DNA from: Oscillospiraceae bacterium
GTDB lineage: Bacteria > Bacillota > Clostridia > Oscillospirales > Oscillospiraceae
Assembly: GCA_902799075.1 (NCBI GenBank)
Contig: CADBYZ010000004.1
Span: 1,294-65,293 of the forward strand
Length of the DNA stretch: 64,000 bases
Direction: 5' to 3'
The translations under genes and the position numbers were made by a program. The notes under the pieces are model-generated. The model worked only from the letters and a program-made list of their open reading frames with translations. It made no database searches and had not been told where the DNA came from. Positions 45,101-53,400 of the stretch are shown here, one piece after another; position 1 is the first letter of the stretch, and every line of letters starts with the position of its first letter.

Positions 45101-45641
45101 GGGCGACTTTGCCTCCGAGGACGGGCCGCGCCGCTTCCAGGACAATCAGATGATTACAGTAGCGGGCGTGGTGGAATCCGCCCGCACGCGCACGACGAAG
45201 AACAACACTCTCATGAGCTACATCATGCTGGAGGACGACACCGGCTCCATGGAGCTCATGGCCTTCCAGCGGGCGCTGGACTCCGGCGGGGCCTACGTCA
45301 AAGATAACGCCGCGCTGCTCGTCAAGGGACGTATTTCCGTGCGCGACGAGAAGGAGCCCCAGCTCATGGTGGAGAGCATCCGCCCCCTCTCCGACGCGAA
45401 TCTCCCGACGGAGAAGAGCGCCCCGCCGAAGGAAGCCAAGCTCTGGGTCAAGCTCAAGAGCGCGTCCGACCCCGAGCTTGAGCGGATCAAGCTGATCCTC
45501 ACCATGTTCCCCGGCACACAGCAGATGATCATTTACTGCGCCGAGGAGAAAAAACGCATCGGCGCAAGCTGCCTCATCCACGAGGGGCTGGTGCTGGAGC
45601 TGGAGGAACGGCTCGGAAAAGAGAATGTGGTGGTGAAGTGA
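42195..45641 (+). CDS. dnaE: DNA polymerase III alpha subunit
   Basis: Trimmed to MAFVHLHVHSEYSLLDGA (ATG at 42195, AAGGAG upstream). PHP domain, GRGSAAGSVVSYCL, PDIDVDF. Confidence 0.97.
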   Translation: MAFVHLHVHSEYSLLDGACRTERLPARAKELGQTAVALTDHGVMYGAVAFYKACEAAGVKPIIGCEVYVAPHSRTDRVHGVDNEYSHLILLCRNETGYRNLCYMVSAAFTEGFYVKPRIDWALLHEHAEGLVCLSGCLAGAIPQMLIHDDYEGAKAKALELRDLFGKEYFFLEIQNHGIHDEERAARGLIRLSRETGIPLAVTNDAHYIDKSDAYYQDVLMCIQTGKTVDEPNRMRFETQEFYLKSEDEMRALFPELPEAADNTQKIADMCDFHFEFGNYKLPRFKLPQGETDSWEYLRKLCEKGFQERFANRPEIHKQLDYELDMIHRMGFVDYFLIVSDFIGYAKRNGIPVGPGRGSAAGSVVSYCLHITDVDPIKYSLFFERFLNPERVSMPDIDVDFCVNRRGEVIDYVNRLYGHDHVAQIVARAAIRDVGRVLNMSYAETDAVAKQVPMALNMTLDEALKLSKPLRDMYEGDEKVKRLIDVAKALEGMPRHASTHAAGVVITDRPVYEYVPLAMNDESVVCQYQMTTLEELGLLKMDFLGLRNLTVLDDAERLVREKEPDFRVADAPVDDKETFDMLAAGHTSGVFQLESVGMTGVCTGIKAKSIEDITAIIALYRPGPMDSIPKFIEWSQHPEKIKYKHESLRPILAVTYGCIVYQEQVIEIFRSLAGFSLGQADNIRRAMSKKKHKVIDAERIAFVHGDEKRGIDGAIKRGIPEDTANSIYDEILDFASYAFNKAHAVSYAIVVYRTAYMKRHYPQQYMAALLTSILGNSGKVAEYIAECREMGIKLLPPDVNASGANFTVAGQNIRYGLVAIKGIGWGAIDQMVAERTENGPFTDFEDFCRRMNGKELNRRAVENLIKAGAFDSMGYKRRALMQVSGAVLDSIAQSARDNISGQLDLFGDFNDEGQKAPAVIPIPDVEEYTPMEKMQMEKETTGLYLSGHPMDGYRDAVRRIGAVPIGAVTGDFASEDGPRRFQDNQMITVAGVVESARTRTTKNNTLMSYIMLEDDTGSMELMAFQRALDSGGAYVKDNAALLVKGRISVRDEKEPQLMVESIRPLSDANLPTEKSAPPKEAKLWVKLKSASDPELERIKLILTMFPGTQQMIIYCAEEKKRIGASCLIHEGLVLELEERLGKENVVVK

Positions 45642-46699
45642 TGGCAAAAAAGCATGACATCAATCTGGACTTTGTGCGGGCCGTGGCGGCGCTGTTCATC
45701 GTGTTCTCCCACTTTTTCGACAACACGGGGCTTTACGAGTTCGACACCGCCTTTCCCATCAAGCTCGCCTCCATCGGTCTGAGAATGATCGTGGGCACCT
45801 GCGTTGCCATGTTTATTATGTTAACCGGGTATCTCTGTTCCGAGAAAAAGCTCTCGGCGCGGTATTATCTGGGCTTTGTGCGCATTTATATCACCTATCT
45901 CGTGTGCAGCGCCTTTGCCTGGCTTGCCCGCGCTTTCCTCCTGCATGAGCCTTTGGGCCTGCACCGGATGGTCAGTGAGCTCATCAGCTTCGAGAGCATC
46001 GAGTACGCCTGGTATCTGCTGATGTACCTGGGGCTTTTCCTGATGATCCCGTTTCTGAATCTCGCGTTCAACGGTCTGGAGTCGAATAAGCAGCGGCTGG
46101 TGCTGATCGGGACCTTTCTGTATCTCTCCATCCTGCCGAGCCTGCTGCACCGCCCGGTACACCTGATGACCGTGTGGTGGAAAAATCTCTCCCCCATCGC
46201 GTATTATTTTACCGGCGCGTATCTCCACAGGACGCGCCCGCGGGTGTCGGCGAAGAAGGCTCTCGGCCTGCTGCTGGTGCTGGTGGCGGCGTTTGTGGGA
46301 ATAGACGTGCTGCTGCTCGGCCCGGGCGGCGAGTGGACCATCGATGTGACGCGCCACGACCATTACCAGGGCTATGTCACGGCGCTGCTGTGCTTTGTGA
46401 TTTTGCAGAACGCCGGGGCCGATCGCTTCCCCGAGAAGGTGCAGGCGGCGGTCAAGTACTTTGCCTCCCTGTCGCTGTCGATCTATCTGCTGTCCTGGAT
46501 CACCGATGCGCTGATATACCCCCGGTTCAAAGCGGCCGTGCCGGATCTGAACACGCAGTTCTGGTTCATGCTGCCGGTGGGGCTTTCGAGCTTTCTCGGC
46601 GCGGCGGTACTGGCGCAGCTTGCGGATTGGATCATCAAGCCGCTGGACAAAGCCGTGCGCGGGATGCTGGAAAAGTGGATCCCGGCTTTACGCACATAA
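45641..46699 (+). CDS. acyltransferase family 3 membrane protein (paralog 3 of 3)
   Basis: INLDFVRAVAALFIVFSHF, polytopic. Its ATG overlaps the dnaE TGA (GTGATGG). Confidence 0.8.
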   Translation: MAKKHDINLDFVRAVAALFIVFSHFFDNTGLYEFDTAFPIKLASIGLRMIVGTCVAMFIMLTGYLCSEKKLSARYYLGFVRIYITYLVCSAFAWLARAFLLHEPLGLHRMVSELISFESIEYAWYLLMYLGLFLMIPFLNLAFNGLESNKQRLVLIGTFLYLSILPSLLHRPVHLMTVWWKNLSPIAYYFTGAYLHRTRPRVSAKKALGLLLVLVAAFVGIDVLLLGPGGEWTIDVTRHDHYQGYVTALLCFVILQNAGADRFPEKVQAAVKYFASLSLSIYLLSWITDALIYPRFKAAVPDLNTQFWFMLPVGLSSFLGAAVLAQLADWIIKPLDKAVRGMLEKWIPALRT

Positions 46700-46733
46700 C
46701 AAAAACCACCTGCCGGAGCAGGTGGTTTTGTTA
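46700..46733. terminator. bidirectional intrinsic terminator
   Basis: AAAAACCACCTGC-cgga-GCAGGTGGTTTTGTT between convergent genes. Confidence 0.85.
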
Positions 46734-46745
46734 TATGAATCTGTC

Positions 46746-47159
46746 TCAGATCAGGTACTGCTTAAGCTCCTCGGGGCATTTCTCGCGGTCGGAGCTCATG
46801 GAGATCACGAACTCGATCTTCTCGCGCTCGGCGTAATCGGCCAGCCACAGGATGAAGGCCACGACGCTTGCCTCGTCGCGGTCATTGACGAGCTTATAGA
46901 AGTTATCAATAAAGAAGTGGGTAATGTCATAGTTGCCGGCATGGATGCCGGAGATGAAGCCCTTGAAGAATTCGTAGGTGCCGACGTCGTAGCTGCCGGC
47001 GTCGATGAGACGGGCCTGGTAGGGGATGTCGTAGGTGAGCTTGCGGTCCTTCTCGATGACGATCACGTCGCCCTCGCCCTCGCTGACAGCCTTGCAGACA
47101 AGGCCGACCAGTTCCTTCGTTTTTCCGGAGCCCTTGAGCCCCATGATAATTTTAAGCAT
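46746..47159 (-). CDS. minimal P-loop NTPase (137 aa), family not recognised
   Basis: Walker A GLKGSGKT and Walker-B-like GDVIVIEKD. Start at the ATG at 47159, 9 nt after AAGGAG. Confidence 0.6.
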   Translation of the reverse strand: MLKIIMGLKGSGKTKELVGLVCKAVSEGEGDVIVIEKDRKLTYDIPYQARLIDAGSYDVGTYEFFKGFISGIHAGNYDITHFFIDNFYKLVNDRDEASVVAFILWLADYAEREKIEFVISMSSDREKCPEELKQYLI

Positions 47160-47289
47160 AATGACATGCACTCCTTTTTCAGTAAAGTATGTAATGGGAT
47201 ACTGTTGGTATTAGCTTACCATCTTTCCCGCTCGGACGCAAGGGGGGAGTTGTAAATGTGAGGTAAATTTTATTTTGTGGGTATCGACC

Positions 47290-47345
47290 CTTTGCCTTCC
47301 TCTGCAAGGGGTGCGGAATCGGCTTCCCCTTGAGGGGAAGGCAAT
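47290..47345. repeat. family C hairpin modules, copy C3
   Basis: TTGCCTTCCTCTGCAAGGGG plus GCTTCCCCTTGAGGGGAAGGC (47322-47342). Confidence 0.65.
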
Positions 47346-47473
47346 GTGAAAGCACTGTACAAAAGCCGTAAATCCCTCCTCCGTTCTTGACTGTATGGGG
47401 CGGATATGATAAACTTTTCATCAGCACATACGTTTTCAATCGGTTTTAATAAACAGAAAAGAGGTGTACCTGC

Positions 47474-48661
47474 TTGAAGGATCTGAAACATCTGATCTAC
47501 TTCGAGAACCTGCTGCAGGACGCGCAGAATGAGCTTGTGACCAAGGCCACCGAGGACGGAAAGCTTGCCCTGGGGTATAACTGCTACTACATCCCCGAGA
47601 CGCTTTTGAACCTCCCCGGCTGCTTCTCGTCCAGACTGCGCGCGCCGCGCTGCACATCCACGGACGTGGCGGGCTATTACATGACCAACCGCACATGTCC
47701 CTACGCCCGCTCCATCCTCGAGCGCGCCATCGAGGGCGGCTACAACTACCTGAACGCTCTCTTCGGCGCGGAGTCCTGCGCCACCATGGAGCGCATGGAG
47801 GAGCATTTTGAGCTCCTGCACCCGGTGAAGAACGAGCGCTTCTTCACCACCATCATGGACCCGCCCATGAAGGGCGACAAAAACAACCTTGAATACTACA
47901 AGGTCCAGCTGCGCAAGAACATCCTGCTCCCGCTCCGGGAGCACTACGGCGTCGACATCTCCGACGAGGCCATCCGCAAGGCCATCGACGACCACAACGC
48001 CGTCAGCGCCATCATCGAGGCCATCGGCGACCACCGCCGGGCAGACAACCCCAACATCACGGGCTATGAGTTCCACGTCATCCAGCTGGTAAGCCAGGTC
48101 TGCCCGCATGAGCTGATCCTCCCCTACCTGCGGGAAACCCTGTGGGAGCTTGAAAAGCGCGAGCCGGAGCCGAAGTTCCCCTTCCGCGCACGCGTGGCCC
48201 TCGTCGGCTCCGAGGTCGACGACCCCGACTTTACCAAGCTCATCGAGTCCTGCGGCGCCATGGTGGTTGCAGACCGCTACTGCTTCGGCTCCTTCCCGAG
48301 CCGCGAGCAGATCACCGTCCGCGACGGCGAGACCGCCTTCGACGCCGTGTGCCGCCACTATCTGCACTGGAACCAGTGCGCCCGCTTCATGGACGGCATG
48401 AAGATCGACCAGCGCCACCACGAGGTCGAGCGCCTGGTCAAGGAGTTCAAGGCCGACGGCGTCATCTACGAGAACATGAAGTTCTGCGAGTTCTGGAGCT
48501 ATGAAAAGGTGCTGGCAAACCACATCTTCACCAACGAGCTTCACATCCCCTGCTGCACCATCGAGAAGGAATATGCCCTCGGCGCGGTGGGCCAGCTGCG
48601 CACCCGCTTCCAGGCCTTTATCGAGTCGCTGGAAATCAAGCAGATTCACGGAGGGAAATAA
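47474..48661 (+). CDS. 2-hydroxyacyl-CoA dehydratase family protein, HgdB/BadD-like subunit
   Basis: TTG start. LALGYNCYYIPE, TCPYARS, VVADRYCFGS, and a C-terminal GVIYENMKFCEFWSYE..IPCCTIEKEY..LRTRFQAFIESL parallel to HgdB. Confidence 0.8.
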   Translation: MKDLKHLIYFENLLQDAQNELVTKATEDGKLALGYNCYYIPETLLNLPGCFSSRLRAPRCTSTDVAGYYMTNRTCPYARSILERAIEGGYNYLNALFGAESCATMERMEEHFELLHPVKNERFFTTIMDPPMKGDKNNLEYYKVQLRKNILLPLREHYGVDISDEAIRKAIDDHNAVSAIIEAIGDHRRADNPNITGYEFHVIQLVSQVCPHELILPYLRETLWELEKREPEPKFPFRARVALVGSEVDDPDFTKLIESCGAMVVADRYCFGSFPSREQITVRDGETAFDAVCRHYLHWNQCARFMDGMKIDQRHHEVERLVKEFKADGVIYENMKFCEFWSYEKVLANHIFTNELHIPCCTIEKEYALGAVGQLRTRFQAFIESLEIKQIHGGK

Positions 48662-48663
48662 CG

Positions 48664-50271
48664 ATGAAGTTTACCGATAAGCTCATAGACGCCGTCGACA
48701 AAAAGCTTGAGCGCTTCGACCCCCTGTGGCAGGCAGAGCACGGCGTCGGCGGCCAGCGCAGCCGCTACTGCGACAAGACCGGCGTCGCCAAATGGCGCGA
48801 GTGGCGCGGCGTTAAGGACACCTTCTACGATTACTCCGCGTGGCTCAAGAACCTCGCCGCCATGGCGGGCATGGTCGCCTCCGCCCCCCTCCCCATCCTC
48901 AAGGGCTTCTGGGAGTACCGCTGGATGGGCTCCTACCTCGGCACCTTCATGTTCATCGACAGGCTCTTCGAGGGCTACCGCGGCACGGAGCTGCGCATCG
49001 CGCACATGAACATGTACGGCATCGTCCAGAACCTCACCAAGAAGATCGCCTTCATCCTCGCAAACGACAAGCGTCTCGGCGGCGGGCCCGATTCCGACAA
49101 GTGCATCCCCTTCGATGAGACTATTCCGCCCCTCTTCCTCAAGGGCTTCAAGGGCCTGACCCCCGTCCCCATGCAGACCTTGCCGGAGTTCATCATCTGC
49201 GACATCGACCAGCACATCGAGCCCTATTACATCGACGTGGCCGAGTCCTTCGGGCTGGCGGCCGACGTGTGCTCCAGGTGCGCGGCAGAGGCGGGCGTTG
49301 CCCTTGACGACGCCTTCCCCATCCTCGGCAAGGTCATGCTCTCGACCAACATGCCCTGCAACGCCTCCGAGGCGACCTCCATGTTCCAGCGCCGCCGCAT
49401 CGGCCTGCCCGACTTCCCCGTCACCATGGCCATGCAGCACGCCGAGAAGGAGGCCATCCCCTACTCCCGTCAGGAGCTTCTCAACGCCATCGCCTTCGTC
49501 GAGGAGCACTACGGCGTCAAGTACGATTGGGATACCTTCTATAAGTACGCCGAGATCATGAACGAGCAGAACGCCATCGAGCTTGAAAAGTGGGAGATCT
49601 TCAAGACCCCCTACTCCGCCCTCTCCGGCATCGCCGAGACGCTCTACAAGCTCTACGAGTGGCAGTCCGCCAACGGCGCCGACCCCTACTTCAACAAGAT
49701 CGACCGCAAGGTCATTGAGATCATGCGCAAGGCTTACGAGGACAAGTACCGGCCCTTTGGCGGCAAGACCCGCCACCGCGCCTTCCTGTGGGGGCCGTCC
49801 GCTGTCTACTACACCGACTTCCCCACCTGGACGCAGAACTGCTGGGGCATCACCATCGTTCTCAACATGGACTCCACCATGGGCTACAACCAGATCGACA
49901 CCTCCGACCGCGAGAAGGCCCTGGACGATCTGACCGCCCTCGAGCAGCGCGCCACCATGCGCCACCACGCCGTCGGCGGCTGGGACAACGTCAACGCCGT
50001 CTGGGACTGGGCCAAGAAGTTCAACTGCGACATGGTGCTCATGAACGACAACATCGCCTGCAAGGGCATGCTGGGCGTGCACGCCATGATGGAGGAGCAG
50101 GCCCGCGACCTCGGCTTCCACTTCATCTTCATCGAGCATGACCTGGAGGACAGCCGCACTGTCTCCCGTCAGGACATGCGCAACTGCGTGAATAACTACA
50201 TGTCCGTCGTGCTCAACGAAAAGCCGCTCGACCCCACCATCGTCGAATTTGACGACTCCCAGGCATACTGA
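48664..50271 (+). CDS. 2-hydroxyacyl-CoA dehydratase family protein, HgdA-like large subunit with N-terminal extension
   Basis: 535 aa. VAESFGLAADVCSRC, STNMPCNASE, and a C-terminal CDMVLMNDNIACKGM..FIFIEHD. About 120 extra residues at the N-terminus. Confidence 0.8.
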   Translation: MKFTDKLIDAVDKKLERFDPLWQAEHGVGGQRSRYCDKTGVAKWREWRGVKDTFYDYSAWLKNLAAMAGMVASAPLPILKGFWEYRWMGSYLGTFMFIDRLFEGYRGTELRIAHMNMYGIVQNLTKKIAFILANDKRLGGGPDSDKCIPFDETIPPLFLKGFKGLTPVPMQTLPEFIICDIDQHIEPYYIDVAESFGLAADVCSRCAAEAGVALDDAFPILGKVMLSTNMPCNASEATSMFQRRRIGLPDFPVTMAMQHAEKEAIPYSRQELLNAIAFVEEHYGVKYDWDTFYKYAEIMNEQNAIELEKWEIFKTPYSALSGIAETLYKLYEWQSANGADPYFNKIDRKVIEIMRKAYEDKYRPFGGKTRHRAFLWGPSAVYYTDFPTWTQNCWGITIVLNMDSTMGYNQIDTSDREKALDDLTALEQRATMRHHAVGGWDNVNAVWDWAKKFNCDMVLMNDNIACKGMLGVHAMMEEQARDLGFHFIFIEHDLEDSRTVSRQDMRNCVNNYMSVVLNEKPLDPTIVEFDDSQAY

Positions 50272-50288
50272 GAAAGGAGTAAGTGAAA

Positions 50289-50474
50289 ATGAAAGAAGCA
50301 CTTGCGTTCCTGCTGAAGCTGCTCGGCAAGATCGCGCTCGTTGCGCTGATCCTCTTTGCCGCGACCTTCGCCCTCTACATCACCAACGGCGAAAACAAGC
50401 TGATCTACTACGTCATCCGCCCCTTCCTCAACAAGCACTACGACGCCCAGGTCAGAGACAAGAGAATCGTATGA
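50289..50474 (+). CDS. small single-pass membrane protein
   Basis: ATG at 50289, 7 nt after AAGGAG. Hydrophobic LLGKIALVALILFAATFALYI. Last gene before the hairpin at 50479. Confidence 0.5.
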   Translation: MKEALAFLLKLLGKIALVALILFAATFALYITNGENKLIYYVIRPFLNKHYDAQVRDKRIV

Positions 50475-50478
50475 ACGC

Positions 50479-50504
50479 ACGGCGGCGGGTTTTCCCGCCG
50501 CCGT
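50479..50504 (+). terminator. hairpin terminator candidate (weak T-tract)
   Basis: ACGGCGGCGGG-tttt-CCCGCCGCCGT, followed by GTCTCTGCCTTT. Confidence 0.5.
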
Positions 50505-50534
50505 GTCTCTGCCTTTAAATCCCAAAACTTGCCC

Positions 50535-50563
50535 TTGTTTTTCTCCCTTCACCATGATATAAT
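50535..50563 (+). promoter_or_regulatory. extended -10 promoter candidate of the BMP gene
   Basis: TTGTTT, 17-nt spacer, TGaTATAAT. Confidence 0.5.
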
Positions 50564-50626
50564 TTTTTCGCGGGGTTTTCCGCACATACAACATTCGTCC
50601 AAAATTTATTTTATGGAGGAAAGAAC

Positions 50627-51628
50627 ATGAAAAAAATCATCGCAATGGCTCTCGTTCTGTGCATGATCTTCGCTCTGACCGTCACCGCGCACGCTGACGA
50701 CAAGATCAAGATCGGTATGGTCACCGACGTCGGCGGCGTCAATGACCAGTCCTTCAACCAGTTTGCATGGGCCGGTCTCCAGGCCCTGGCCGAGGAAGAC
50801 CCCAGCTTTGAGGTCAATTACCTCGAGTCCAAGACCGATGCCGACTACCAGACCAACATCAACACCTTCATTGACGAAGAGTATGACCTCATCATCACCG
50901 TCGGCTATATGCTGGCTGACGCCACCCGCGAGGCTGCGATCGACAACCCCGACGTGAAGTTTGCCATCATCGACGACGCCACCAACGCCGATCTCGAGAA
51001 CGTCGCCTGCCTGACCTTCGCGCAGGAGCAGTGCTCCTACCTCGTCGGCCTGATCGCCGGCTACATGACCCAGAGCAAGACCGTCGGCTACATCCAGGGC
51101 ATGGTTTCCGATACCATGAATCTCTTCGGTGTCGGCTACATCACCGGTGTTCTCGAGGCTTGCCCCGATGCCACCGTTCTCCAGTACAACGCCAACTCCT
51201 TCACTGACATTGCCGGCGGCAACACCGCTGCCAAGGACATGATCACCAAGGGTGCCGACGTTATCTATCATGCTGCCGGCGGTACCGGCACCGGCGCCAT
51301 GAACGCCTGCGCCGAGGCTCAGATCTGGGGTATCGGCGTTGACGCCGACCAGGCTGCCGTTCTCAACAACGATTGGATCGTCTCCTCCGCTCTGAAGGAC
51401 ACCGGCGCCGGCTGCGTTGCCATCGCCAAGGATCTCAAGGCCGGCGAGTTCAAGGGCGGCGAGCACCACTACACCCTCGCTGACGGCGCTGTCGGCTTCG
51501 CCACCACCGGCGACCACATCCCCGCTGACGTGCTCGAGAAGGTCGAGGCTGCCAAGAAGGCCATCATCGACGGCACCCTGACTGTTCCCACCAGCACCGC
51601 TGACTGCCCCACCTTTACTCTGGGCTGA
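50627..51628 (+). CDS. BMP-family (Med/PnrA-like) nucleoside ABC transporter substrate-binding protein
   Basis: Signal peptide, then IGMVTDVGGVNDQSFNQ. Codon usage looks like that of a highly expressed gene. Confidence 0.9.
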   Translation: MKKIIAMALVLCMIFALTVTAHADDKIKIGMVTDVGGVNDQSFNQFAWAGLQALAEEDPSFEVNYLESKTDADYQTNINTFIDEEYDLIITVGYMLADATREAAIDNPDVKFAIIDDATNADLENVACLTFAQEQCSYLVGLIAGYMTQSKTVGYIQGMVSDTMNLFGVGYITGVLEACPDATVLQYNANSFTDIAGGNTAAKDMITKGADVIYHAAGGTGTGAMNACAEAQIWGIGVDADQAAVLNNDWIVSSALKDTGAGCVAIAKDLKAGEFKGGEHHYTLADGAVGFATTGDHIPADVLEKVEAAKKAIIDGTLTVPTSTADCPTFTLG

Positions 51629-51650
51629 TAAGCAGAGCAATTGAATCCCC

Positions 51651-51682
51651 ATCCCGTCGCCGAAAGGCGGCGGGATTTTTAT
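51651..51682 (+). terminator. intrinsic terminator after the BMP gene
   Basis: ATCCCGTCGCC-gaaa-GGCGGCGGGAT followed by TTTTTAT. Confidence 0.8.
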
Positions 51683-51858
51683 ATTTTATCAGATTGAAAC
51701 AAGAAATGGTAGAAAAGCACAAGGTCTTGTGTTATAATACAGTATCTGATTTCATGCGCATCCGGTCCGCGCTGCCCGGTCGCTTGCCCTGTCCCGGTTT
51801 TGCGGCGTCTCACCGGCGGAAAGAAGAGAGATAATTTATCTTATAGGGGGCGGTCAAT

Positions 51859-53400
51859 TTGGCAAAACAGTATGTGGACATGAACACGCCCGTCATCGAA
51901 ATGCGCAACATCGTCAAGCGCTTCGGCGATTTTGTCGCCAATGACGGCATCAACCTCACCGTCCACAAAGGCGAGATCCACGCGATCCTGGGTGAAAACG
52001 GCGCGGGCAAGTCGACGCTGATGAACCAGCTCTACGGCCTGCTCAAGCCCACCTCGGGAGACATCCTGGTCAACGGCAAGAAAATCGTCATGAACAATCC
52101 CCGTGACGCCATCGACGCCGGTATCGGCATGGTACACCAGCACTTCATGCTCGTCCAGCCTTTCACCGTCACGGAGAACATCGTCCTCGGCACCGAGCCG
52201 ACCAAGGGCATCAAGCTCGACATGGCCACCGCGCGCCAAAACGTGGTCGAGATCTCCGAGCGCTACGGCCTGTCCATCGACCCCGACGCGAAGATCGAGG
52301 ATATCTCCGTCGGCATGCAGCAGCGCGTGGAGATCCTGAAAGCCCTCTACCGCGGCGCGGATATCCTGATTCTGGACGAGCCCACCTCCTCCCTCACCCC
52401 GCAGGAGATCACAGAGCTCATCGCTATCATGCACAACCTCGTCAAGGACGGCAAGAGCATTATCATCATCACCCACAAGCTCAAGGAGATCAAGGAGTCC
52501 GCCGACTTCTGCACCATCATCCGCATGGGCAAGTACATTGATACCGTGGATGTGGAGAAGGTGGACGAAAACGATCTGGCCGCCATGATGGTCGGCCGCA
52601 AGGTCACCTTCAAGGTCGACAAGCCCGAGCAGGAGCCCGGCGGCGTGGTGCTGGACGTGAAGGACCTGCACTGTCTGGACTACCGCGGCATTGAGATCGT
52701 CAAGGGCCTCAATCTCCAGGTGCGGCGCGGCGAGATCGTCGGCATAGCCGGTATCGACGGCAACGGCCAGACGGAGCTTGTCGAGGTCATCACGGGCCTG
52801 CGCAAGGGAACGAAGGGCCAGGTGCTGGTAAACGGCACGGACGTATTCAACAAGCCGCCCGCCTTCGGTTTTCAGCACGGTGTGTCCTCCATCCCCGCCG
52901 ACCGGCAGAAGCACGGTCTGGTGCTGGACTTCTCCATCGAGGATAACCTCATCCTGCAGAACTATGAAAAAGATCCCTTCGCGAAAAAGAGCGTTTTGCA
53001 GCGCGATCCCATCTTCACCCATGCGAGCGAGTCCATCGAGAAGTATGACATCCGCCCCTCCGGCAGCGAGAAGCGTCCGGCGGGCACCCTCTCCGGCGGC
53101 AACCAGCAGAAGGTCATTATCGCCCGCGAGGTACAGAACGACAAGGACCTGCTAATCGCCGTCAACCCCACCCGCGGTCTGGACGTGGGCGCGATCGAGT
53201 ATGTGCACAAGTACATCGTCGACCAGCGCAACAAGGGCAAGGCGGTGCTGCTCGTGAGCTTTGAGTTGGACGAGATCATGAGTCTTTCGGACATTATCGA
53301 CGTCATCTTCGACGGTCAGATCGTCGCCTCCATCCCCGGCAAGGACGCCAACGAAAACGATCTGGGCCTGATGATGGCAGGAGGAGGGAAAAAGGCATGA
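51859..53400 (+). CDS. nucleoside/sugar ABC transporter ATP-binding protein (two fused ABC domains)
   Basis: Walker A GENGAGKST and GIDGNGQTE, signature LSGGNQQKV. TTG start 8 nt after AGGGGG. Confidence 0.92.
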   Translation: MAKQYVDMNTPVIEMRNIVKRFGDFVANDGINLTVHKGEIHAILGENGAGKSTLMNQLYGLLKPTSGDILVNGKKIVMNNPRDAIDAGIGMVHQHFMLVQPFTVTENIVLGTEPTKGIKLDMATARQNVVEISERYGLSIDPDAKIEDISVGMQQRVEILKALYRGADILILDEPTSSLTPQEITELIAIMHNLVKDGKSIIIITHKLKEIKESADFCTIIRMGKYIDTVDVEKVDENDLAAMMVGRKVTFKVDKPEQEPGGVVLDVKDLHCLDYRGIEIVKGLNLQVRRGEIVGIAGIDGNGQTELVEVITGLRKGTKGQVLVNGTDVFNKPPAFGFQHGVSSIPADRQKHGLVLDFSIEDNLILQNYEKDPFAKKSVLQRDPIFTHASESIEKYDIRPSGSEKRPAGTLSGGNQQKVIIAREVQNDKDLLIAVNPTRGLDVGAIEYVHKYIVDQRNKGKAVLLVSFELDEIMSLSDIIDVIFDGQIVASIPGKDANENDLGLMMAGGGKKA

